Notes under the pieces: model-generated
What the model was told of the DNA's origin: nothing
The model's input: only the letters and a program-made list of their open reading frames with translations
Database searches by the model: none
Program-made: the position numbers and the translations under genes
Part shown: piece by piece, positions 1-6,139 of the stretch
Layout: every line of letters begins with the position of its first letter
Position numbering within the stretch: the first letter of the stretch is position 1
NCBI GenBank assembly: GCA_964426185.1
Contig: CAYRPF010000089.1
Location: forward strand, 1 to 10,932
Length of the DNA: 10,932 nucleotides
Reading direction: 5' to 3'
From: an uncultured archaeon
GTDB lineage: Archaea; Asgardarchaeota; Lokiarchaeia; Sigyniarchaeales; Promethearchaeaceae

Positions 1-173
1 TTAATTGGGAAGGATATGCAATCACCATGGATCCCACCTTCATGTCATTTTATATTGATTTCAATTCACAAACAGGTGGATTATCGCTTTTACAAATTGC
101 ACCTATTGCTTTAATCTCTGCTTTAGTCGCATTTGGTTTAGTTATTTTGCTGAAAAAAGTAAAGATTAGATAA
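1..173 (+). CDS. 3' end of a C-terminally membrane-anchored cell-surface protein (partial, starts upstream of the window)
   Basis: Frame +3 is open from 3 to TAA 171-173: NWEGYAITMDPTFMSFYIDFNSQTGGLSLLQIAPIALISALVAFGLVILLKKVKIR*. A ~22-residue hydrophobic helix followed by a basic tail is a typical archaeal surface-protein anchor. Not in the ORF track because it is truncated. Confidence 0.8.
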   Translation, partial: NWEGYAITMDPTFMSFYIDFNSQTGGLSLLQIAPIALISALVAFGLVILLKKVKIR

Positions 174-203
174 CCCGGTCATGCTCCGATTTCTAACCAA
201 TGA

Positions 204-536
204 TATATTTTATCTGACCATGATATCATTGTCGAGCTTTTTCTCAGTATTTGGATTTATGAAATTCACGATGATCCAGCTTCATACATATGGAATATAA
301 CAGAATTCACCAATGGGAATTAAGTAATTGTGTTTCGAGTGATAGATCGAGCAGGAAATTAATTTTATTTGAACTATACTTATGAAATCGAGAACATCCA
401 TGGATTATTTCCCCAACTTTGGAATTTTGCAGACAATATTTTGCAAAGTTATTACGGCGTGGTAATTGGGGCAGGTGGTGTTGTAATGATTGGAGTGATT
501 TATGCAATCTTAAAGAAGAATTTGAGTAAAAAGTAA
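204..536 (+). pseudogene. Relic C-terminus of an Ig-like-domain surface protein with TM anchor, interrupted by in-frame stops
   Basis: Frame +3: YILSDHDIIVELFLSIWIYEIHDDPASYIWNITEFTNGN*VIVFRVIDRAGN*FYLNYTYEIENIHGLFPQLWNFADNILQSYYGVVIGAGGVVMIGVIYAILKKNLSKK*. The W-N-x-T..NG-x-[Y]..D-x-A-G-N pattern resembles bacterial Ig-like repeats. It ends in a TM helix plus lysine tail. Internal TAA at 321 and 360, final TAA at 534-536. Confidence 0.7.
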
Positions 537-544
537 GCATTAAC

Positions 545-570
545 CCAAATACTATTTTTTTTAGTTTTAG
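545..570. terminator. Oligo-T tract between convergent 3' ends (candidate archaeal terminator)
   Basis: ACTATTTTTTTTAGTTTTAG lies between the + strand relic stop (536) and the ogt stop (567). Confidence 0.35.
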
Positions 571-1055
571 TTCTCAAATATTTTTTGTGGATTTTCATGT
601 TTCAAAAGCCATTGTTTTCGATAGAGTCCGCCAGCATAGCCTCCTAATTTTCCATTTGATTGAATAACTCGATGACAAGGAATAACGATTGTAATGGGAT
701 TCTTACTATTTGCATTGCCAACGGCACGTACAGCTTTAGAATTGCCAATCATTACTGCAACTTCTTTATAAGTAGATACTTTACCATAAGGAATGGATTC
801 TAAAGCATTCCATACTTTTTGCTGAAATGGAGTTCTTTGGGGGGATAAAGGAAGAGAAAATTCTGTTCGTTCATGGTTGAAATATTCTTTTAGTTGTTTT
901 TGAGCCATGGATGTAATTTTGTTCGGATTGCTGAATTTTGAACGTTTAGATATTATTTCACAGAATCTAATAGAAGTAATTGCCTCTGAACTTGCTGTTA
1001 TTTTAAGCACTCCAATGGGGCAATTTAAATAATCGAAAAAGAGAACATCTTGCAT
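567..1055 (-). CDS. ogt: Methylated-DNA--protein-cysteine methyltransferase (O6-alkylguanine alkyltransferase)
   Basis: Active-site IPCHRV; HTH region TPFQQKVWNALESIPYGKVSTYKEVA..AVRAVGNANSKNP; C-terminal GGYAGG..RKQWLLKHE; 162 aa. Confidence 0.96.
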   Translation of the reverse strand: MQDVLFFDYLNCPIGVLKITASSEAITSIRFCEIISKRSKFSNPNKITSMAQKQLKEYFNHERTEFSLPLSPQRTPFQQKVWNALESIPYGKVSTYKEVAVMIGNSKAVRAVGNANSKNPITIVIPCHRVIQSNGKLGGYAGGLYRKQWLLKHENPQKIFEN

Positions 1056-1131
1056 AATAATTTATTAAAACGATAAGAAAAAAGAAATTATGTATATTTA
1101 GGGAAAAAAGTTCAAAAATTTTGTTTAAAAA

Positions 1132-3894
1132 TTAGTTTAAAAACTCCAGTTGCTCCTGAAGAAACTGCTTTTTATCTTGGTATTCCTTTAATTTGTCCTG
1201 TTCCTTTTCAACTAATTCTTTTGGTGCACGCTCTGCAAAAGTCCCTTGAAGTTTATTAAATATTTTTGAAATCATTTTTTCCACTTTCTGTAAAGATTTT
1301 TGAATTCGTTCTCGCTCTTTATCTAAATCAATCATTCCAGCTAATGGTAGAAAGGCGGTAATGCCATGAATGACTATTCGTGCAGATTGTTTTGGCTGTT
1401 TGAAGGATAATTTTAATTGCATTTGATTGTTTTCTAAGCCGGCTAATTGAGTTAACTCTCTGCTCCATTTAGTAAAGAGTTCTTTATTTTCAGTTTGGAT
1501 TAGAATTGGTACGGGTTTATTGGCAGGAATATTGAAACTGTGCTTAATATGTCGAATCTCTCGAATAAAATCTGAAATAACATTGAACTGGTTTTCAATA
1601 TCATTGTTAATTAGAGATTGATTACATTCAGGCCATGGGGCAATAATCAATGCTTGACCTTCTTTGACATTTTGAGGTAAAACTTGCCATAGTTTTTCAG
1701 TCAAAAACGGCATAATAGGATGAAGTAAGCGTAGGAATGTTTCCAACACGTAGATTAGCACCGCTTTTTGAATTTCCTTATGCTCATATTCTTTATCATA
1801 CAAGTACAATTTTGAACATTCTAAATACCAATCACAATAATCAGCCCAGAAGAAATTCTTTAATTCGCGAGTCATACGAAGATAATCATAATTTTCCATA
1901 TATTCATTAACCTGTTGAATGAGTTTGTTTAATTTTGATAAAATCCAACGATCTGGGATCTGAAGAAGTGAAGTATCGATCTCTTTGAAGGAAATGATGG
2001 ATTCATTTTGTTCGATATTACCCAGAACATAGCGTGTTGCTTGCCAAATCTTATTACAGAAACGATGGGCGGCTTCAACATTTCTAGGATCTAGATTTTG
2101 ATCCATACCTGGAGTACAATTTGATAACAAGGTATATCGCAGAGAATCCGCTCCATGTTGCTCGATTATATTGAGTGGATCATATTGTTCGACATTTTCC
2201 ATTGATTTCGAGATTTTTTGCCCTTTCTCATTTCGAATTAAACCATGTAGATACACGTGTTTAAAGGGTGCTTTACCCGTTAATTCAATCCCTAACATTA
2301 TTTCACGAGCAACCCAAAAAAAGAGAATATCGTAGCCGGTTTCACGCATGTCTGTAGGATAAAATCTCTTGAAATCTTCACTCTCTTCATTTGGCCATCC
2401 TAATGTCGAAAAGGCCCACAATCCTGAAGAAAACCAAGTATCCAACACATCTTCTTCTTGTTTAATATGATTATTTCCACATTTCGGGCATTTTTCCACG
2501 GTATTAACGTTAGGTTTTGGGCATATCTCTGCATTACAATCTTGACAATACCAGATAGGAATTCGATGACCCCACCATAACTGACGTGAGATGCACCAAT
2601 CACGAATATTACTCATCCAATGGTAAAATCTTTGCTCTTCTCGTTCAGGTAAAATGGTTGTTTCTCCACTCTTAACTGCATTCATTGCAGCTTCTGCTAA
2701 AGGCTTAGTTTTTACAAACCACTGAATGGAAACACGGGGTTCAATAACTGTGTGACAACGTTGACAATGACCTACTGCATGTCGATATGGTTCAATTTTG
2801 ATCAGAATTCCTTCTTTTTCTAAGTCTTTTACAATAAGTTCACGACATTCATCTCTATCCAATGAAGCATATCGTGCAGAGATTTCAGGCAAGATTCGCG
2901 CTTTTTCATCGAAAATGTTCACAAATTCTAAATTGTGGCGTTTTCCAACCTCAAAATCATTTGGATCATGAGCTGGAGTGATCTTCACTGCTCCAGTACC
3001 GAATTCGGGATCTACGTGTTCATCTGTAATAATTGGAATTGCCTTTCCCATTACGGGTAAAATGGCAAATTCACCGATAAATTTACCAAATTCGGAATGC
3101 CCAGGGTGGGTTGCAATTGCAGTATCCCCCATTATTGTTTCTGGCCGAGTGGTTGCCACTTGAATAAATTTTGTAGCACCTTCTGCCCATTTTCCGGAAC
3201 CCCATTCGTGATTAGGGCCATTCCAATCTTTGGTTTGAATAGGATAGCGGATATACCATAAATGTGAATCTTCTTCAAAGGATTCTGTTTCTAAATCAGA
3301 AATTGCTGATTCGCAGCGTCCTGGGCACCAATTGACCATATATTCTCCTCGATAAATATATCCTTTCTGATATAATCGATAGAATGCTTCTCGCACTGCA
3401 TGGGAAAGATCTGGGTCTAGTGTAAAGTGTTCTCTGGTCCAATCGCTGCTGATTCCCAAACTTTTTGATTGTTTGGTGATTCGGGCATGATATTGTTCTT
3501 TCCATTCCCACACTTTTTCAATGAATTTTTCTCGACCTATTTCTTTTCTGGAAATCCCCTGCTTTGCCAATTGTCTTTCAACCACATTTTGAGTGGCGAT
3601 TCCCGCATGATCGGTTCCCGGGATGAATAGGGTTTCTTTATTTCTCATTCTTTCGTAACGGGTCATTAAATCCTCAATGGAAATGGTGATGGCGTGCCCT
3701 AAATGTAATTGGCCTGTGACATTTGGTAGGGGAAGTGTGATACAGTATTTTTGACTGTTTTCATCGGTGATTTTCAACTCACGCAATTTTTCCGGTCGAA
3801 AGTAGCCTTCTTTTTCCCACCAATCATAAATTTCGGCTTCAAAATCCCTATGATTATATACTTTAGGTAATTGATCGCTAAGTTTTCCCACCAT
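1132..3894 (-). CDS. valS: Valine--tRNA ligase, bacterial/eukaryote-type
   Basis: PNVTGQLHLGH (HIGH), PGTDHAGIATQ, ATTRPET and GTGAVKITPAHDPND (editing domain), DWCISRQLWWGHRIP, DVLDTWFSS, ETGYDILFFWVAR, KISKS (KMSKS), and a C-terminal coiled-coil arm (IDLDKERERI..RAPKELVEKE); 920 aa. Confidence 0.97.
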   Translation of the reverse strand: MVGKLSDQLPKVYNHRDFEAEIYDWWEKEGYFRPEKLRELKITDENSQKYCITLPLPNVTGQLHLGHAITISIEDLMTRYERMRNKETLFIPGTDHAGIATQNVVERQLAKQGISRKEIGREKFIEKVWEWKEQYHARITKQSKSLGISSDWTREHFTLDPDLSHAVREAFYRLYQKGYIYRGEYMVNWCPGRCESAISDLETESFEEDSHLWYIRYPIQTKDWNGPNHEWGSGKWAEGATKFIQVATTRPETIMGDTAIATHPGHSEFGKFIGEFAILPVMGKAIPIITDEHVDPEFGTGAVKITPAHDPNDFEVGKRHNLEFVNIFDEKARILPEISARYASLDRDECRELIVKDLEKEGILIKIEPYRHAVGHCQRCHTVIEPRVSIQWFVKTKPLAEAAMNAVKSGETTILPEREEQRFYHWMSNIRDWCISRQLWWGHRIPIWYCQDCNAEICPKPNVNTVEKCPKCGNNHIKQEEDVLDTWFSSGLWAFSTLGWPNEESEDFKRFYPTDMRETGYDILFFWVAREIMLGIELTGKAPFKHVYLHGLIRNEKGQKISKSMENVEQYDPLNIIEQHGADSLRYTLLSNCTPGMDQNLDPRNVEAAHRFCNKIWQATRYVLGNIEQNESIISFKEIDTSLLQIPDRWILSKLNKLIQQVNEYMENYDYLRMTRELKNFFWADYCDWYLECSKLYLYDKEYEHKEIQKAVLIYVLETFLRLLHPIMPFLTEKLWQVLPQNVKEGQALIIAPWPECNQSLINNDIENQFNVISDFIREIRHIKHSFNIPANKPVPILIQTENKELFTKWSRELTQLAGLENNQMQLKLSFKQPKQSARIVIHGITAFLPLAGMIDLDKERERIQKSLQKVEKMISKIFNKLQGTFAERAPKELVEKEQDKLKEYQDKKQFLQEQLEFLN

Positions 3895-3983
3895 AATATG
3901 TGAAAGAGAGATTTGGATAAAAGAAAAATTTTTAGATCAAGGGGTTAATGAAAAAACAAAAGAGCATCTATCTTTAATTTAGA

Positions 3984-4055
3984 TGGACTTGGGGGGAATT
4001 GAACCCCCGATTTCACGGATGCGAACCGTGCGTTATACCACTAAACCACAAGCCC
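3984..4055 (-). tRNA. tRNA-Ala(CGC), intronless, CCA not encoded
   Basis: Reverse complement GGGCTTG TG GTTT AGTGGTA TAAC G CACGG TT-CGC-AT CCGTG AAATC GGGGG TTCAATT CCCCC CAAGTCC A forms a full cloverleaf with the G3.U70 alanine identity pair and A73 discriminator. It is followed by TCT, not CCA. Confidence 0.97.
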
Positions 4056-4097
4056 ATAATCTTCTCTGTTTTTGAATCAAGGATCGTAAATGTATAG

Positions 4098-4114
4098 AAA
4101 TATTAAATTTTTTT
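4098..4114 (-). promoter_or_regulatory. Candidate BRE/TATA promoter of tRNA-Ala
   Basis: The minus strand has an A-run followed by TTTAATAT about 45-50 nt upstream of the mature tRNA 5' end. Confidence 0.4.
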
Positions 4115-4140
4115 GGTTTTATTGGATGAAATAAGCAATA

Positions 4141-5178
4141 TCATGGAGTAATTTCTATATTCGCTTTTTCCTTTACTTTTTGAATTTGTCTAAGCAAGTA
4201 TTTTTGAGTCCGACAAAATGAACAAATTTTTCCATAAGTAGGGCGTCCACATTGGGAGCATGTTTGTTCCACAGTTGTGTTTTCACGCTGTTCTTGGAAA
4301 GTCTTTTGAATTACTGGTTGCATGCGTTTATAAAAACCTCTTGTATAGGCAAGCATATTTCCCTTTCTTCCCGTTTCAATTTCCAATAAAACTCCCTTGA
4401 GCTTATTTACAGGGGATTGTGCAGCGTAAGGGCACTCAGTTGTCAAAAATGGGATGTTTTTATAATAGGCATACATGGTAATTTCGAGTTCGCTTATGAA
4501 AAATAAGGGTTTAACTCGGGGAACTAAGTATTTAGATTCACTTTGAGATTTTGGTCCAGGACGACTCAAAAACATCAACTTCTGGTTTAAAAAATTGTTT
4601 AAAAGACTGGTTGCTTCATCTGTAAGGTTATGCCCTGTTGCCACCGCCGTAAATCCGTTTTCATAGGCAAATTTGTTTATATTATAGCGCTTAAACGCGC
4701 CACAGTAGGAACATTCTCCACGAAATTTCTGCAAATCATTAGTCCATTTTAATTTTCTATATACTTTTTTTAAAGAATGAATTGAATCAATCGTAATTCC
4801 ATATTTTTCCGAAATATCTATAGTATGAAATGGAATCCCTAATTGTTGGCACCAATCTTCAGCAAAGCGTCCTGAATCTTTCGAGTAATCGTTAGGTTGA
4901 ATTCCTAATTCCAGATATAATGCATGAACTTCCAGATCTTCAGGATAAAGTGTTTTAATTATTGAAAGAAGAACTTGTGAATCCTTACCTCCGCTGGCGG
5001 CAACTAACAATTTTTCATCTCGGTTTGGATGAAACATATGCTTTTTTTCAATCAATTTTTTGACCCGTTTTTCCATATTTTCCAAGTAGTGCTCTTTACA
5101 CAAGGCTAAGCCGGAATGTGGAATTTTAAACACTGCGTTTTGCTTGCATGACTGGTAAAATTTACATTTGCGGGTCAT
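4141..5178 (-). CDS. ttuA: TtuA/Ncs6(CTU1)-family tRNA thiolation protein (PP-loop, Fe-S, two zinc fingers)
   Basis: N-terminal C..C..CKEH finger, PP-loop ASGGKDS, central CSYC, ATGHNLTDEA, PRVKPL, ECPYA, and C-terminal CSQC..CSFC finger. The target position (U34, U54 or other) cannot be determined from sequence. Confidence 0.88.
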   Translation of the reverse strand: MTRKCKFYQSCKQNAVFKIPHSGLALCKEHYLENMEKRVKKLIEKKHMFHPNRDEKLLVAASGGKDSQVLLSIIKTLYPEDLEVHALYLELGIQPNDYSKDSGRFAEDWCQQLGIPFHTIDISEKYGITIDSIHSLKKVYRKLKWTNDLQKFRGECSYCGAFKRYNINKFAYENGFTAVATGHNLTDEATSLLNNFLNQKLMFLSRPGPKSQSESKYLVPRVKPLFFISELEITMYAYYKNIPFLTTECPYAAQSPVNKLKGVLLEIETGRKGNMLAYTRGFYKRMQPVIQKTFQEQRENTTVEQTCSQCGRPTYGKICSFCRTQKYLLRQIQKVKEKANIEITP

Positions 5179-5202
5179 TATTTGATTGAAAAGAAGCTAC
5201 AT

Positions 5203-5220
5203 TGTCATAAATCTTTTGCG
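5203..5220 (-). promoter_or_regulatory. Candidate BRE/TATA for a leaderless ttuA transcript
   Basis: Minus strand CGCAAAAGA-TTTATGAC; the TATA-like box lies 27-33 nt upstream of the start at 5178. Confidence 0.45.
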
Positions 5221-5301
5221 ATTATAAGATAAAAATGAAAAATCACTCTGCTAACCAATGGCCGCCTAAATTTAGAAATATCTAATATCAAATACTTAAT
5301 T

Positions 5302-5883
5302 ATGGCAAGTTCGGCTATATATTGCAGTATATGTGGATTTAAAAATGATCAATTCGCAATTTTTTGTCAAGGTTGCGGAGAGAAACTAATACATGAAAAT
5401 TCGCCCGCACAGCGTGAAGTATATTCTGAAAACATTCAAAATCAAAATAATGAGATCCAATTTAGTTCTTTTGGAGATAGGCTGATAGCATTTATTATTG
5501 ATAGTATTCTTTTTGATGTAGTTGTTTCTGTAATCGGGTTTGCTCTTGGTAAGAATTGGATTTTTGGCATGGGAACACATTGGAGTGACAGCATCCCAGG
5601 CGTTATTTTCGGCTTTCTTTACTTCTTCTTGTTTGAAGCGTATAACCATGGACAAACACCTGGAAAGATGCTCTTAAAGATAAAAACGGTGGATTCTAAA
5701 ACCTTTGGCGATATTTCACTGCAGCAAGCAGTCATTCACTCAATTGGAAAGAATTTATTCTTGATTATTGACCTAATCCTGGCGTTGTTTATGAAAGAAA
5801 AGCCGGAAGATGCGCAAGAAGAGAATCGTATCCGTTTTACTCAAAGATTGGCGCAGACAAGCGTCATTTCGCTTAAGGTTTAA
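5302..5883 (+). CDS. RDD-family membrane protein with N-terminal zinc ribbon
   Basis: CSICG..CQGCG zinc ribbon; FGDRLIAFIID (R and first D); hydrophobic helices; GQTPGKMLLKIKTV motif; 193 aa. Confidence 0.88.
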   Translation: MASSAIYCSICGFKNDQFAIFCQGCGEKLIHENSPAQREVYSENIQNQNNEIQFSSFGDRLIAFIIDSILFDVVVSVIGFALGKNWIFGMGTHWSDSIPGVIFGFLYFFLFEAYNHGQTPGKMLLKIKTVDSKTFGDISLQQAVIHSIGKNLFLIIDLILALFMKEKPEDAQEENRIRFTQRLAQTSVISLKV

Positions 5884-5910
5884 AATTTTTTTTCGTTAAT
5901 TTTTATTTAA
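5884..5910 (+). terminator. Oligo-T tracts after the RDD gene
   Basis: AATTTTTTTTCGTTAATTTTTATTT lies directly after the stop. Confidence 0.45.
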
Positions 5911-5916
5911 TAACTT

Positions 5917-5935
5917 CATGGCAAAATTTTATTAA
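5917..5935 (+). promoter_or_regulatory. Candidate BRE/TATA promoter for the glmS leader transcript
   Basis: CATGGCAAAA-TTTTATTAA. Archaeal spacing predicts a start near 5958-5962, just 5' of the structured region. Confidence 0.5.
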
Positions 5936-5965
5936 CTTAGGATTCTGATTAATCTTACTACAATC

Positions 5966-6121
5966 AAGCACGAATAACAAACCTCCAAGTGGGTATGAAG
6001 CATTCGTTAATAAAACCCCAGCACGATCAGATTTTCAGTCAATCAATGAGAAGTTGCAACGGGTTAAAGACATTTGTGCAATAACCATTTGCTTGGAGTT
6101 ACTTTGATAAATTTGTTGCTT
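5966..6121 (+). ncRNA. Candidate structured RNA (glmS 5' leader or standalone sRNA), family unknown
   Basis: A series of nested stems share one axis near 6040, with many G.U pairs that form only on the + strand. Folded by eye, not computed. Confidence 0.5.
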
Positions 6122-6125
6122 ATGT

Positions 6126-6130
6126 AGGTG
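6126..6130 (+). promoter_or_regulatory. Shine-Dalgarno-like site of glmS
   Basis: AGGTG lies 9 nt before ATG 6140 and is complementary to the 16S tail CACCU. Confidence 0.5.
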
Positions 6131-6139
6131 TAAAAGCTC

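Noticed and set aside
181-300. 39-aa hydrophobic ORF (MLRFLTNDIF..) in frame +1
   Set aside because: No start signals, and it overlaps the better-supported relic frame. Its hydrophobicity follows from T-richness.
204-536. DGR template repeat, or stop-codon recoding, as an explanation of the in-frame TAA codons
   Set aside because: No reverse transcriptase or matching variable repeat is present, the segment includes a TM anchor, and TAA is the normal stop for most genes in the window.
307-540. 77-aa minus-strand ORF
   Set aside because: Antisense shadow of the + strand relic, with no recognisable motif.
2400-3511. Short ORFs 2400-2603, 2978-3163 and 3296-3511
   Set aside because: Alternate-frame or antisense ORFs inside valS with no motifs.
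3984-5178. tRNA-Ala(CGC) as the wobble-thiolation substrate of the adjacent TtuA/Ncs6
   Set aside because: It has C34, whereas U34 thiolation acts on Lys/Glu/Gln tRNAs. Adjacency alone is not evidence.
5266-5285. Short palindromes CTAAATTTAG and TTAGA-N4-TCTAA upstream of the RDD gene
   Set aside because: Five-bp arms in very AT-rich DNA are expected by chance.
5386-5655. 89-aa minus-strand ORF
   Set aside because: Antisense to the RDD gene, with no independent support.
5993-6050. Eukaryote-like SECIS (ATGA..AA..GA) or C/D-box sRNA
   Set aside because: There is no proper helix closing on a GA quartet, no in-frame TGA in the RDD or glmS genes, and no RTGATGA/CTGA pair.
5966-6121. SRP RNA or RNase P RNA
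   Set aside because: Too short and lacks the SRP helix-8 GNRA motif and the RNase P GAGGAAAGUCC signature.
5960-6139. Canonical glmS ribozyme
   Set aside because: The conserved core (AGCGCC at the cleavage site, GACGAGG) is absent. AGCACG is only loosely similar.
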